A stretch of 32,000 nucleotides of DNA from Kineococcus radiotolerans SRS30216 = ATCC BAA-149 (GCF_000017305.1 NC_009664.2:780001-812000); one strand, 5' to 3'; positions 16,795 through 26,735 are shown, numbered from the stretch's first letter. Notes: generated from the sequence alone by a model not told the origin. Numbers and translations are program-made.

Positions 16795-18261
16795 TCAGAG
16801 CGGGAAGCCCACGTACTTCGTCTCGAGGTACTCCTCGATGCCCTCCGCGCCGCCCTCGCGCCCGAAGCCGCTGGCCTTCACCCCGCCGAAGGGGGCGGCG
16901 GCGTTGGAGATCACCCCGGCGTTCAGCCCGACCATCCCCGTCTCCAGGGCCTCCGCGACGCGGAACCCGCGGTCCAGGCCCCGGGTGAAGGCGTACCCGA
17001 CGAGGCCGTACTCGGTGTCGTTGGCCAGCGCGACGCCCTCGGCCTCCTCGTCGAAGACGACGACGGGGGCGACCGGGCCGAAGGTCTCCTCGGTCAGCAG
17101 CCGCGACCCGGCGGGGACGCCGGTGAGGACGGTGGGGGCGTAGAAGTACCCGCGCTCCCCGACGGGGGAACCCCCGACGAGGACCTGCGCGCCCGCGTCG
17201 ACGGCCTCGGAGACGCGTCGCGCCACCCCGTCGCGGGCGCGGGCGTCGATGAGCGGGCCGACCTGGACGCCGTCCTCGGTGCCGCGCCCCACGACCATCG
17301 CGCCCAGGCGCTCGCCGAGGCGGCGGGAGAACTCCTCCGCCACCGGCCGCTGCACGTAGAAGCGGTTGGCCGCGGTGCACGCCTCCCCGGTGTTGCGCAT
17401 CTTGGCCGCGACCGCGCCCTCCACGGCCGCGTCGAGGTCGGCGTCGTCGAAGACGAGGAACGGGGCGTTGCCGCCGAGCTCCATCGACACCCGCAGCAGG
17501 CGCTCGGCGGACTGGGCGACGAGCTTCTTCCCCACCGGGGTGGACCCGGTGAAGGTGAGCTTGCGCAGGCGCGGGTCGCGCACGAGGGGCTCGACGACCT
17601 CCGCCGTCGAGGTCGTGGTGACGACGTTGACGACGCCGTCGGGCACCCCGGCCTCGGCCAGCACCTGCGCCAGCAGCAGCGTCGTCAGCGGGGTCTGGGT
17701 GGCCGGCTTCACCACGATCGTGCAGCCGGCCGCGAGCGCGGGGGCGATCTTGCGGGTGCCCATGGCGAGGGGGAAGTTCCACGGCAGGATGGCCAGGACG
17801 GGGCCCACGGGCTGCTTGAGGGTCAGCAGCCGGGACCCGCCGGCGGGGTTCTGGGCGTAGCGGCCGGCGATGCGGGGGGCCTCCTCGGAGAACCACCGGA
17901 AGAACTCCGCGCCGTAGGCCACCTCGCCGCGGGCCTCGGCCAGCGGCTTGCCCATCTCCAGGGTCATGAGCAGGGCGAAGTCGTCGGCGCGGGCGGTGAT
18001 GAGCTCGAAGGCGCGGCGCAGGACCTCGGCGCGCTGGCGGGTCGGGGTGCGGGCCCAGGCGGGGGCGGCGGCGACGGCGGCGTCGAGGGCGGCGGTGCCG
18101 TCGGCGACGCTCGCGTCGGAGACGGCGACCAGGACCTGCCCGGTGGCGGGATCCTCCACGTCGACGGTGCGCCCGCCCTCGGCCTCGCGCCAGCCCCCGC
18201 CGACGAACAACCCGGTGGGGACGGCGCGGACGAGGTCCTGCTCGTGCTGCGTGGTGCTCAC
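16795..18261 (-). CDS. gabD: NAD(P)+-dependent succinate-semialdehyde (or glutarate-semialdehyde) dehydrogenase
   Basis: ALDH blocks are present: VSMELGGNAPF, NTGEACTAANR (catalytic Cys) and EETFGPVAPV. GTG start at 18261, 34 nt downstream of gabT. Confidence 0.9.
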   Translation of the reverse strand: MSTTQHEQDLVRAVPTGLFVGGGWREAEGGRTVDVEDPATGQVLVAVSDASVADGTAALDAAVAAAPAWARTPTRQRAEVLRRAFELITARADDFALLMTLEMGKPLAEARGEVAYGAEFFRWFSEEAPRIAGRYAQNPAGGSRLLTLKQPVGPVLAILPWNFPLAMGTRKIAPALAAGCTIVVKPATQTPLTTLLLAQVLAEAGVPDGVVNVVTTTSTAEVVEPLVRDPRLRKLTFTGSTPVGKKLVAQSAERLLRVSMELGGNAPFLVFDDADLDAAVEGAVAAKMRNTGEACTAANRFYVQRPVAEEFSRRLGERLGAMVVGRGTEDGVQVGPLIDARARDGVARRVSEAVDAGAQVLVGGSPVGERGYFYAPTVLTGVPAGSRLLTEETFGPVAPVVVFDEEAEGVALANDTEYGLVGYAFTRGLDRGFRVAEALETGMVGLNAGVISNAAAPFGGVKASGFGREGGAEGIEEYLETKYVGFPL

Positions 18262-18295
18262 GGTCGGTCCTGCCTCTCGGGGTGGTCGGTGCGCG

Positions 18296-19678
18296 TCAGC
18301 GCGCGGTGGGCCGGTCGGTGGCGAAGACGTCGTCGAGGACGTCGAACGCCTCCTCCAGCAACGCGTCGGGGATGCTCAGCGGGGGCAGGAAGCGCAGGAC
18401 GTTGCCATCGGTGCCGCAGGTCAGGACGATGACCCCGCGCCGGGCGGCGTCGGCGGCGACCCGCTTGGCCAGCGCGGCGTCGGGTTCGGTGGTCCCGGGC
18501 CGGACGAGCTCCACGGCGACCATCGCGCCGCGTCCGCGGACGTCGCCGACGCGGGGGTCGACGGCGGCCAGGGCGTGCAGGCGGCGGAGGAGGACCCCCT
18601 CCAGCTGCCGGGCCCGGGCGGGCAGGTCCTCGTGCTCCACCGCGTCGAGGGTGGCCAGGGCGGCGGCGCAGGCGGCGGGGTTGCCGCCGTAGGTGCCGCC
18701 CAGACCGCCGACGACGGGGGCGTCGAGGATCTCGGCGCGGCCGGTGACCGCGGCCAGCGGCAGACCGCCGGCGACGCCCTTGGCGATGGTCACCAGGTCC
18801 GGTTCGATCCCCTCCAGGTGCGAGGCGAACACCGCGCCGGTGCGGGCGATGCCGGTCTGCACCTCGTCGGCGACGAAGACGACGCCGTTCTCCCTCGCCC
18901 AGGCCGCGATCGCGGGCAGGAACCCGGGGGCGGGCACGATGAACCCGCCCTCGCCCTGGACCGGCTCGACGACGACGGCGGCGAGGTTCGCGGCCCCGAC
19001 CTGCTTCTCGATGGTGGCGATCGCGCGGGCGGCGGCGGTGGGGCCGTCGAGGCCGTCGCGGAAGGGGTAGCTCAGGGGGGCGCGGTAGACCTCGGGGGCG
19101 AAGGGCCCGAAGCCGTTCTTGTACGGCATGTTCTTGGCCGTCATGGCCATCGTGAGGTTGGTGCGGCCGTGGTAGGCGTGGTCGAAGACGACGACGGCCT
19201 GGCGGCCGGTGAAGGCGCGGGCGACCTTGACGGCGTTCTCCACGGCCTCGGCGCCGGTGGAGAACAGCGCGGTGCGCTTGGGGAAGTCGCCGGGGGTCAG
19301 CGCGTTGAGGCGCTCGGCGACCGCGACGTAGGAGTCGTAGGGGGTGATCATGAAGCAGGTGTGGGTGAAGCGCCCGACCTGCTCGCCCACGGCGGCGACG
19401 ACGGCGGGGTCGGCGTTCCCGACGGTCGTCACGGCGATGCCGGAGCCGAGGTCGGCGTAGGAGTTCCCGTCGACGTCGACGACGACCCCGCCGCCGGCGA
19501 CCGCGGCGTAGAAGGGCATCGAGGACCCCACGGCGGCGGAGACGGCGGCCACCCGCCGCGCGGCGAGCTCGCGCGAGAGGGGCCCGGGGACCTCGGTGCG
19601 CAGCCGGATCTCCTGGGGCAGGGCCGGGCCGCCCACCGCGGGGGCGCTCGTCGCGTCGGGGCTGCTGAGGGTCGTCAT
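18296..19678 (-). CDS. gabT: 4-aminobutyrate (omega-amino acid) aminotransferase, class III PLP
   Basis: Motifs SGAEAVENAVKVAR, DEVQTGIARTG and TIAKGVAGGLPL (PLP Lys) are present. ATG at 19678. Confidence 0.92.
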   Translation of the reverse strand: MTTLSSPDATSAPAVGGPALPQEIRLRTEVPGPLSRELAARRVAAVSAAVGSSMPFYAAVAGGGVVVDVDGNSYADLGSGIAVTTVGNADPAVVAAVGEQVGRFTHTCFMITPYDSYVAVAERLNALTPGDFPKRTALFSTGAEAVENAVKVARAFTGRQAVVVFDHAYHGRTNLTMAMTAKNMPYKNGFGPFAPEVYRAPLSYPFRDGLDGPTAAARAIATIEKQVGAANLAAVVVEPVQGEGGFIVPAPGFLPAIAAWARENGVVFVADEVQTGIARTGAVFASHLEGIEPDLVTIAKGVAGGLPLAAVTGRAEILDAPVVGGLGGTYGGNPAACAAALATLDAVEHEDLPARARQLEGVLLRRLHALAAVDPRVGDVRGRGAMVAVELVRPGTTEPDAALAKRVAADAARRGVIVLTCGTDGNVLRFLPPLSIPDALLEEAFDVLDDVFATDRPTAR

Positions 19679-19712
19679 GCTCCGACCCTAGGCTCCGGCC
19701 GGGGCGGGCGTC

Positions 19713-19751
19713 AGTGCCGGATCTGCACTCCGAAGGCCGTCGCGGCAGTGC
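19713..19751. promoter_or_regulatory. AGTGC-N7-GCACT inverted repeat plus a third AGTGC copy in the gabT / PucR divergent region
   Basis: agtgc lies at 19713-19717, gcact at 19725-19729 and agtgc at 19747-19751, inside the 85-bp gap between gabT (19678) and the regulator (19764). The arms are short, so chance occurrence is possible. Confidence 0.2.
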
Positions 19752-19763
19752 GAGACTGACACC

Positions 19764-21134
19764 GTGGTGGTGCTGGCGGATCTCCTGACGACCCGGTCCC
19801 TGGACCTGCGCCTGCTCGGCGGCGACCCCTCGGTGCCGGTGCGCTGGGTGGCCACCAGCGAGCTCGACGACCCCACGGCGTTCCTGGAGGGCGGGGAGCT
19901 GCTGCTCACCACGGGGCTGCGGACGCCGCGGGCCGGGTGGGCGGGCTGGGCGGAGCGCCTCCGGGCCGCCGGGGTGTCCGGGGTGGGGTTCGGGACCGGG
20001 CTCAGCCACCGCGCGGTGCCGCGGACCCTGGTCGGCGCCGCGGCCGCGCAGGGCCTCGCCCTCGTCGAGGTCCCCGTGCCCACCCCCTTCATCGCGGTCT
20101 CCCGGCGCCTGGCGGACCTGCTGCGGCGCGGGGAGAACGACGCGGAGGCCGCGGCCGCCCGCACCCAGCGCGACCTCGCCGTGGACGCGGCGGGGCCGGA
20201 CGGGGTGGGGGCGGTCCTGCGCCGCGTCGCCCGCAGCGCCGGCGGGCCGGCCTGGCTGCTGGACCCCGGCGGCGCCGTGCGCGCGGCGACCACCGCGGCC
20301 CCGCCGCCCCCGGAGGCGGTGGCGGGGCTGCACCGCGTCCGCGACCAGGGGGTGCGCGCGGCCTGGCGCGACGTCTCGCCGCAGCGGTCGCTGCTGCTGC
20401 GCGCCACCGGCTCCGCGGGCTCGGGGTGGCTGCTCGTGGCCTGCGCCCCCGCCACCCCGCGCGCCGTCTCCGGGACGGTGGGGACGGCGGCGGCGCTGCT
20501 GGGGCTGCTGACCGCGCGGGCGGCCGCGCCCGCCGGCCTCGCCGAGGCCACCCTCGCCCTGCTGCTGGAGGGGCGCGCGGACCTGGCCGCGCGGCTGGCC
20601 GAGGCCGCCGGCGCCCCGCTGCCCGACCCCCTCGTCGTCGTCCGCTGGACGGGCAGCCCGCCCGGCACCGCGTGGCACGACGACCGGCACGCGGTCCTCG
20701 CCCCCGGGGACGTCGGGGACCCCCCGCCGGGAGCCCGGTGGGGGGTCAGCGGGACCCTGCCCGCGGCCCGCGCCGCCGAGGGGGTCCGTCCCGCCGGCGC
20801 CGCCCACACCCGCACCGGCCCGCACCGGGCGCTGGCCCGGGCCGGGACCGGCGCGCTGGCCGAGGTCCTGGACCCCGGCGCGGTGCGGCCGTGGTCGCGG
20901 CGGCGGCTGGCGCCGCTGGCCGCGGTCGAGGACGGGGCCGTGCTGCGGGCCAGCGCCCGGGCCTTCCTCGAGCACCACGGCGCCCGGCAACCCACCGCCG
21001 ACGCCCTCGGGGTGCACCGCAACACCGTCCGGCACCGGGTGGCGCGCCTGGAGGCGCTGCTGGGGATCTCGCTGGACTCCGCCGCCGACCGCGCCGAGCT
21101 CTGGCTCGCCCTCACGGCCGACGAGGCGGGCTGA
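19764..21134 (+). CDS. PucR-family transcriptional regulator (GabR-like)
   Basis: The C-terminal PucR HTH is TADALGVHRNTVRHRVARLEALLG. The N-terminus VVLADLLTTRSLDLRLLGGD is typical of the family. The gene is divergent from gabT. GTG start at 19764. Confidence 0.8.
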   Translation: MVVLADLLTTRSLDLRLLGGDPSVPVRWVATSELDDPTAFLEGGELLLTTGLRTPRAGWAGWAERLRAAGVSGVGFGTGLSHRAVPRTLVGAAAAQGLALVEVPVPTPFIAVSRRLADLLRRGENDAEAAAARTQRDLAVDAAGPDGVGAVLRRVARSAGGPAWLLDPGGAVRAATTAAPPPPEAVAGLHRVRDQGVRAAWRDVSPQRSLLLRATGSAGSGWLLVACAPATPRAVSGTVGTAAALLGLLTARAAAPAGLAEATLALLLEGRADLAARLAEAAGAPLPDPLVVVRWTGSPPGTAWHDDRHAVLAPGDVGDPPPGARWGVSGTLPAARAAEGVRPAGAAHTRTGPHRALARAGTGALAEVLDPGAVRPWSRRRLAPLAAVEDGAVLRASARAFLEHHGARQPTADALGVHRNTVRHRVARLEALLGISLDSAADRAELWLALTADEAG

Positions 21135-21146
21135 GAGGCTGGGGCC

Positions 21147-21548
21147 ATGGCCCTCGACCCCGCCGACCTGCCCCCCAGCGCGCTGGAGTTCCTCGCCGAA
21201 CGCCACCTGGCCACCGTCACCACGCTGCGCGCCGACGGGTCCCCGCACGTCGTGCCCGTGGGCTTCACCTTCGAGGCCGCCACCGGCACGGTGCGCATCA
21301 TCACCTCGGGCACCTCCCGCAAGGCCGTGCACGCCCGCCGCGGGTCGCGGGTCGTCGTCGCGCAGGTCGACGGGCGGCGCTGGCTCGCCCTGGAGGGCGT
21401 CGGGACGGTCCTGGAGGACGCGGCGTCGGTGCGCGACGCCGAGGAGCGCTACGCCGCGCGCTACCGCACGCCGCGCCCGAACCCGGCGCGGGTCGTCGTC
21501 GCGTTCACCGTCGACCGGGTGCTGGGCTCGGTGCCGCCGTGGGACTGA
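21147..21548 (+). CDS. Pyridoxamine 5'-phosphate oxidase-fold (PPOX class, probably F420/FMN-binding) protein
   Basis: The 133-aa product has the blocks [25 protein letters not shown] and [17 protein letters not shown], typical of the split-barrel family. ATG at 21147 lies 12 nt after the PucR stop and has GAGG upstream. Confidence 0.7.
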   Translation: MALDPADLPPSALEFLAERHLATVTTLRADGSPHVVPVGFTFEAATGTVRIITSGTSRKAVHARRGSRVVVAQVDGRRWLALEGVGTVLEDAASVRDAEERYAARYRTPRPNPARVVVAFTVDRVLGSVPPWD

Positions 21549-21575
21549 CTCGCGGCGCGCCGGTCACCGCCCGCG

Positions 21576-22163
21576 TCACCGCTCGAAGGTGACCATCAGC
21601 TCCACGACGCGGTCGAGGAAGGCGTCCACGGGTGCCTCGCGGTAGCCGCGCCGGCCGCGGCGAGGCCGGAACAGCGCTGCGCGGACCTCAGCGGCGGTGA
21701 GCTTCGCGGTGCCGCGGAAGTGCTCGGCGAGCAGGTCGCAGAGCGCGTCGACGTCGGCGGGCCGGTACCCGCGGCGCAGGCCGTGGGCGCGGGGGAACCG
21801 CTCCCCCGCCGGCTCCTCCAGGCGCCCGGCGACGGCCGCGCCGAGGGCGGCCCGGCGCTCGGAGAACGGCCGCTGGTCGGTCTGGGCCAGCGACCGCGCC
21901 CGCTCGCGGCGGGCCAGCCCGTCCTCGATCTCGGCCAGCAGGGCGTCGGTGTCGGCGACGTCGTACCCGCGGAACTGCGCACCGAACCCCACCGCCCGGA
22001 CCTGCCCGGAGGCGACCCGGCCCACCGGGACCGCGGCGGCGACGTGGCGGAAGAACGCGTCGACGTCCTCCACGCGGTACCCGCGGCGCAGCCCCCCGAC
22101 GCGCGCCGGGCGCTCCTGCAGCAGCTGCGACAGCGGCAGGGCCCGCTCGGGGCTCGCGCTCAC
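21576..22163 (-). CDS. DivIVA-domain repeat protein (four RGY-x4-VDA-[FL] modules)
   Basis: Four modules are present: [39 protein letters not shown] and [13 protein letters not shown]. The GTG at 22163 overlaps the rlmN stop as GTGA. The upstream part of track ORF 21576..23141 is read-through over rlmN. Confidence 0.75.
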   Translation of the reverse strand: MSASPERALPLSQLLQERPARVGGLRRGYRVEDVDAFFRHVAAAVPVGRVASGQVRAVGFGAQFRGYDVADTDALLAEIEDGLARRERARSLAQTDQRPFSERRAALGAAVAGRLEEPAGERFPRAHGLRRGYRPADVDALCDLLAEHFRGTAKLTAAEVRAALFRPRRGRRGYREAPVDAFLDRVVELMVTFER

Positions 22164-23335
22164 GCGCGCGGCTGCTCGGGGCCGATCGCCGCCAGCTGCC
22201 CGCAGGCCCCGTCGATGTCGCTGCCGCGGGTGTCGCGGACGGTGGTGGGGATGCCGCGGTTCTCCAGCGCCGCGACGAAGGCGCGCTCCACGGCCGGGTC
22301 GCTGGCGGTCCACTTCGAGCCCGGCGTCGGGTTCAGCGGGATGGGGTTGACGTGGACCCAGCCGCGCCCGCGGGCGTTGAGCAGCTTGCCCAGGCGGTCC
22401 GCCCGCCAGGCCTGGTCGTTGATGTCCTTGATGAGGGCGTACTCGATACTGACCCGGCGCCCGGTGGCCTCGAAGTAGCGGCGGGCGGCGTCGAGGGCCT
22501 CCCCGACCTTCCACCGCTGGTTGATCGGGACGAGCTCGTCGCGCAGCTCGTCGTCGGGGGCGTGCAGGCTCAGCGCCAGGGTGGCCGCGATGCCCTCCTG
22601 CGCGAACTTGTCGATGGCCGGGACCAGCCCCACCGTGGACATGGTGACGCCGCGCGCGGAGATGCCCAGCCCGTCGGGGGCGGGCGAGACGAGGCGGCGC
22701 ACCGCGGCGACGGCGGACTTGTAGTTGGCCAGCGCCTCCCCCATGCCCATGAACACGACGTTGCTGACGCGCCCGGGCCCACCGGGGACCTCGTCGCGGG
22801 CCAGCGCGCGCGAGGCGGCGGTGACCTGCTCGACGATCTCCGCCGTGGACAGGTTGCGGGTCAGGCCGGCCTGCCCGGTGGCGCAGAAGGGGCAGTTCAT
22901 GCCGCAGCCGGCCTGGCTGGAGATGCAGATGGTGTCGCGGTTCTTGTAGCGCATGAGCACCGACTCCACGAGGGCGCCGTCGTGCAGGCGGTACAGCGAC
23001 TTGATCGTGGTGCCGCCGTCGGCGGTGAGGGTGCGGATCGGGGTGAGCAGCGTCGGCAGCAGCGCCTCGGCGATCCTCGTGCGGCTGGCGGCGGGCAGGT
23101 CCGTCATCCTCGCCGGGTCGTCCTCGAGGCGCTCGAACCACTGGGTGGCCAGCTGCTTGCCGCGGAAGGCCTTCTCCCCCAGCTCCACCATCGCGGGCCC
23201 GCGCTCGGCCGGTTCGAGGTCGACGAAGTGCCGCGGCGGCTTGCCGCGGCGGGGGGCCGACATCACGAGCTTGCCGGGTCCGGCGGGCGCCAGGGGCAGC
23301 GGTTCGCGGGTGGGGGTGTCCAGGGGAGTCGTCAT
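22160..23335 (-). CDS. rlmN: 23S rRNA/tRNA (adenine-C2)-methyltransferase, radical SAM
   Basis: Blocks [20 protein letters not shown] (CxxxCxxC), MGMGEALAN and DIDGACGQL are present. ATG at 23335 has GGAG upstream. Confidence 0.95.
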   Translation of the reverse strand: MTTPLDTPTREPLPLAPAGPGKLVMSAPRRGKPPRHFVDLEPAERGPAMVELGEKAFRGKQLATQWFERLEDDPARMTDLPAASRTRIAEALLPTLLTPIRTLTADGGTTIKSLYRLHDGALVESVLMRYKNRDTICISSQAGCGMNCPFCATGQAGLTRNLSTAEIVEQVTAASRALARDEVPGGPGRVSNVVFMGMGEALANYKSAVAAVRRLVSPAPDGLGISARGVTMSTVGLVPAIDKFAQEGIAATLALSLHAPDDELRDELVPINQRWKVGEALDAARRYFEATGRRVSIEYALIKDINDQAWRADRLGKLLNARGRGWVHVNPIPLNPTPGSKWTASDPAVERAFVAALENRGIPTTVRDTRGSDIDGACGQLAAIGPEQPRA

Positions 23336-23366
23336 CGTGACTCCATGGTAAGGGGAGTCGCGCTCC

Positions 23367-24242
23367 TCAGGACCCGACGAGCACCAGCAGCAGCAGGTGC
23401 ACGACCGGCGCGGCCGGCAGCAGCGAGTCCAGGCGGTCCATCACCCCGCCATGACCGGGCAGCAGGGTGCCCATGTCCTTGATCCCGAGGTCGCGCTTGA
23501 GCATCGACTCCGACAGATCGCCCAGGACCGCGACCACCACGGTGACCAGCCCCAGGAGCGCCCCGCCCCACCAGGACCCGTCCAGCGCCAGCGGCAGCGC
23601 GATCGCCCCGGTCACCGCCCCGACCGCGAGGGACCCCGCGGTCCCCTCCCACGACTTCTTGGGGCTGACCGAGGGGGCCATCGGGTGCCGGCCCCACAGC
23701 ACCCCGGTCGCGTACCCGCCGACGTCGCTGGCCACGACGAGGAGCACGAACACGAGGACGCGCCAGGGGCCGTCGCTCGCGGCGAGCATGAGCATCGCGA
23801 ACCCGGCCAGCAGGGGGACGTAGCTGACGACGAAGAGCCCGCCGGCGACGTCGCGCACGGCCGGGACCGGCACCGGGGAACCGTGGTCGCCGCCGTCCCC
23901 GAGCAACCGGTGGGCGAGGACGGCGAAGACGGTGAGGACGTAGGCGACGAGGAGGGTCTCCCCGCCGCCGAGGTAGGCCCCCGGCAGCATCGCGAGGGTC
24001 CCGACCACCGGCGGCAGCACCGGCACCCGCAGGTGGCGCGAGCGGAAGGCCCGCACCACCTCGACGCTGCCGTAGAGGACGGCGACGGTCGCGAAGACGA
24101 CGAACGCCTCCGGGCGGATGAACAGGCTGGCGACGACGGCGGCCCCGAGACCGAGTCCGATGCCGACGGCGGCGGGGAGGTTGCGTCCCGCCCGCCGCGG
24201 CGGGTCGGTGGTGGCGGGGTGGCCGGTCACGTCGCTGGTCAC
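23367..24242 (-). CDS. cdsA: Phosphatidate cytidylyltransferase
   Basis: The CDS signature is [28 protein letters not shown]. The protein is multi-TM. Confidence 0.9.
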   Translation of the reverse strand: MTSDVTGHPATTDPPRRAGRNLPAAVGIGLGLGAAVVASLFIRPEAFVVFATVAVLYGSVEVVRAFRSRHLRVPVLPPVVGTLAMLPGAYLGGGETLLVAYVLTVFAVLAHRLLGDGGDHGSPVPVPAVRDVAGGLFVVSYVPLLAGFAMLMLAASDGPWRVLVFVLLVVASDVGGYATGVLWGRHPMAPSVSPKKSWEGTAGSLAVGAVTGAIALPLALDGSWWGGALLGLVTVVVAVLGDLSESMLKRDLGIKDMGTLLPGHGGVMDRLDSLLPAAPVVHLLLLVLVGS

Positions 24243-24267
24243 GTCCTGGGGAGCTCGGTCCGCCCGC

Positions 24268-24825
24268 TCAGACCGCGAGCAGCTCGGCTTCCTTGTTCTT
24301 CAGCAGCTCGTCGATGGCGTCGACGTGCTTCTTGGTGACGGCCTCGAGCTCCTTCTCCGCCCGGCCCACCTCGTCCTCGCCGGCCTCGCCGTCCTTGACG
24401 ATGCGGTCCAGCTCCTCCTTGGCGCGACGACGGACGTTGCGCAGCGAGACGCGCGCGTCCTCGGCCTTGGTGCGGGCGATCTTGATGTAGTCCTTGCGGC
24501 GCTCCTCGGTCAGCTGCGGCAGCACGATCCGGATCACGTTGCCGTCGTTGCCCGGGTTGACGCCGAGGTCGGAGTTGCGCAGCGCCTTCTCGATCTCGCT
24601 CATCGCCGCCCGGTCGAAGGGGGTGATGAGCACCGAGCGGGCCTCGGGGATCTGGAAGCTGGCCAGCTGCTGCAACGGGGTCGGCGCGCCGTAGTAGTCG
24701 ACCATGATCTTGTGGAACATGGCCGCGTTGGCCCGGCCGGTGCGGATGGCGCCGAAGTCCCCCTTGGCGACCTCGATCGCCTTCTCCATCTTCTCCTCGG
24801 CCTCGAGGAGGGTGTCGTCGATCAC
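24268..24825 (-). CDS. frr: Ribosome recycling factor
   Basis: Full-length 185-aa match ([18 protein letters not shown]...[10 protein letters not shown]...LTEERRKD). Confidence 0.97.
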   Translation of the reverse strand: MIDDTLLEAEEKMEKAIEVAKGDFGAIRTGRANAAMFHKIMVDYYGAPTPLQQLASFQIPEARSVLITPFDRAAMSEIEKALRNSDLGVNPGNDGNVIRIVLPQLTEERRKDYIKIARTKAEDARVSLRNVRRRAKEELDRIVKDGEAGEDEVGRAEKELEAVTKKHVDAIDELLKNKEAELLAV

Positions 24826-24895
24826 GGGTGGTTCCCTTCGTCCTGCGTCCGGCGCGTCCTGTCCGCCTGCGGTGCCGCTCAGCGGCCCGCGGGGC

Positions 24896-25657
24896 TCAGT
24901 CGGCGATCACCTGCGTGCCGATCCTCTCACCCCGCAGCGCGCGCGCCACGCCCTGGCCCTCCATGCCGAACACGATCATGGGCAGCCGGTTGTCCATGCA
25001 GAGGCTGAAGGCCGTGGTGTCCACGACGCGCAGGTTCCTCTGCAGGGCCTCCGCGTAGCTGATCGTGTCGATCTTCGTGGCCGCGGGGTCCTTGCGCGGG
25101 TCCCCGGTGTAGACGCCGTCGACGCCGTTCTTGGCCATCAGCACGGCGTCGGCGCGGACCTCGAGGGCGCGCTGCGCGGCGACGGTGTCGGTGGAGAAGT
25201 AGGGCATCCCGGCCCCGGCGCCGAAGATGACCACGCGCCCCTTCTCCATGTGCCGGATGGCGCGGCGCGGGATGTAGGGCTCGGCGACCTGGCCCATCGT
25301 GATCGCCGTCTGCACGCGCGTGGAGACGTCCTGCTGCTCCAGGAAGTCCTGCAGCGCGAGGGCGTTCATGACGGTGCCGAGCATGCCCATGTAGTCGGCC
25401 CGGCTGCGCTCCATGCCGCGCTGGGACAGCTCCGCGCCGCGGAAGAAGTTGCCGCCGCCGACGACGATGGCGACCTGCACGCCCTGCTTGACCGGACCGG
25501 CGATCTCGCGCGCGACCTGGGAGATGACGTCGGGGTCGACCCCGACCCGGCCGTTGCCGAAGAACTCCCCGGAGAGCTTGAGGAGCACCCGCCGGTAGGC
25601 GGGGCTCGGTCGCACCGTCCCGGCCTCGAGGTCGACGGTCAGGCTGGGCTCGCTCAC
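24896..25657 (-). CDS. pyrH: UMP kinase
   Basis: Blocks [20 protein letters not shown] and [14 protein letters not shown] are present. GTG at 25657 has GAGGAG 7 nt upstream. Confidence 0.97.
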   Translation of the reverse strand: MSEPSLTVDLEAGTVRPSPAYRRVLLKLSGEFFGNGRVGVDPDVISQVAREIAGPVKQGVQVAIVVGGGNFFRGAELSQRGMERSRADYMGMLGTVMNALALQDFLEQQDVSTRVQTAITMGQVAEPYIPRRAIRHMEKGRVVIFGAGAGMPYFSTDTVAAQRALEVRADAVLMAKNGVDGVYTGDPRKDPAATKIDTISYAEALQRNLRVVDTTAFSLCMDNRLPMIVFGMEGQGVARALRGERIGTQVIAD

Positions 25658-25759
25658 GCGGGGGCTCCTCGGGATCGGGTGCGGCGGGGGTCCGGGGCAG
25701 TCTGCCCCAGGGGGGAGGTCGAGGTCACGCTCGGTGAGGCGGGACTGGTCCGGACGTGC

Positions 25760-25798
25760 GGACGGGGTGGGGGGACCACTGGTCCCCCCACCCCGTCC
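25760..25798 (-). terminator. Stem-loop terminator downstream of tsf
   Basis: The 18-bp perfect arms ggacggggtggggggacc / ggtccccccaccccgtcc lie 22 nt after the tsf stop (25820). Confidence 0.7.
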
Positions 25799-25819
25799 AC
25801 GTCTGCGTGGTGGTGCGGT

Positions 25820-26647
25820 TCAGGCGCCGGCGCGGAAGCGGGCGAAGGAGGTGACGTGCACCCCGGCCCCGGCCAGCAGCTTGGTGATGGTCGTCTTCGG
25901 GTCCTTGGCGAAGGGCTGCTCCAGCAGGACGTTGTCCTTGAAGTAGCTGTTCACCCGGCCCTCGACGATCTTCGCCATGGCCGCCTCGGGCTTGTTCTCC
26001 TCGCGGGCGGTCTCCTCGGCGATGCGGCGCTCGCTCTCGACCTTCTCCGCCGGCACGTCCTCGCGGGTGAGGTAGGTCGGGCTCATCGCGGCGGTGTGCA
26101 TCGCGACGTCCTTGCCGATCTCGTCGTTCACGGCGTCGAGGGCGACGAGCACGCCGATGGTCGGCGGCAGGTCGGTGGCGGTGCGGTGCAGGTAGGCCGA
26201 GACGTGGGTCCCCTCGATGCGGGCCACCCGCGGGACGAGGATCTTCTCGCCCATCGTGGCGTTGGCCTCGTCGAGCAGCTCCTGGACGGTGCGCCCGCCC
26301 AGGTCGGAGGCCAGCAGCGACTCGGCGTCGGTCGCGGCGACGGCGACGGCCTGGTCGAGCACCTGCTGGGAGAGGGCGATGAAGCCCTCGCTCTTGGCGA
26401 CGAAGTCGGTCTCGCAGTTCAGCTGGACCATGACGCCGAGACCGCCGTCGGTGTGCACCGCGACGAGGCCGTTGGAGGCGTCGCGGTCCTCGCGCTTGGC
26501 CACGCCCTTCTGGCCCTTGATGCGCAGCAGCTCGATGGCCTTCTCGACGTCGCCCTCGGACTCGACGAGCGCGTTCTTGCAGTCCAGCATGCCGGCGCCG
26601 GTCTTCTCGCGCAGCGCCTTGACGTCAGCGGCGGTGTACGCAGCCAC
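25820..26647 (-). CDS. tsf: Translation elongation factor Ts
   Basis: GTG at 26647 (VAAYTAADVKALREKTGAGMLDCKNAL) is preceded by GAGAGGAA. The track ORF start at 26740 is an upstream extension. Confidence 0.97.
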   Translation of the reverse strand: MAAYTAADVKALREKTGAGMLDCKNALVESEGDVEKAIELLRIKGQKGVAKREDRDASNGLVAVHTDGGLGVMVQLNCETDFVAKSEGFIALSQQVLDQAVAVAATDAESLLASDLGGRTVQELLDEANATMGEKILVPRVARIEGTHVSAYLHRTATDLPPTIGVLVALDAVNDEIGKDVAMHTAAMSPTYLTREDVPAEKVESERRIAEETAREENKPEAAMAKIVEGRVNSYFKDNVLLEQPFAKDPKTTITKLLAGAGVHVTSFARFRAGA

Positions 26648-26703
26648 GGTCGTTCCTCTCGTCGTTCGCGGACTTCGGGTCGTGCCTGGGGGGTGGACGC
26701 GCG

Positions 26704-26735
26704 GACGCCCCGGGCCGGTGAGGGCCCGGGGCGTC
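26704..26735 (-). other. GC-rich stem-loop in the rpsB-tsf intergenic region (possible attenuator/processing site)
   Basis: The 13-bp arms gacgccccgggcc / ggcccggggcgtc flank a 6-nt loop. The structure lies between the rpsB stop (26772) and the tsf start (26647). Confidence 0.4.

Noticed and set aside
18258-21332. 1024-aa minus-strand ORF, plus similar very long ORFs (2..1642 -, 14420..17143 +, 24704..27058 +, 27936..30914 -, 7414..9126 -)
   Set aside because: All are antisense to, or out of frame with, genes that have clear family signatures. Their translations are dominated by R/G/P/A/D/H runs with no recognisable domains. They are GC-composition artefacts.
25658-25759. PyrR-type attenuator upstream of pyrH
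   Set aside because: The conserved PyrR binding loop (UCCAGAGAGG-like) is absent. Only a small 6-bp hairpin (25694-25708) and a normal GAGGAG SD are present.
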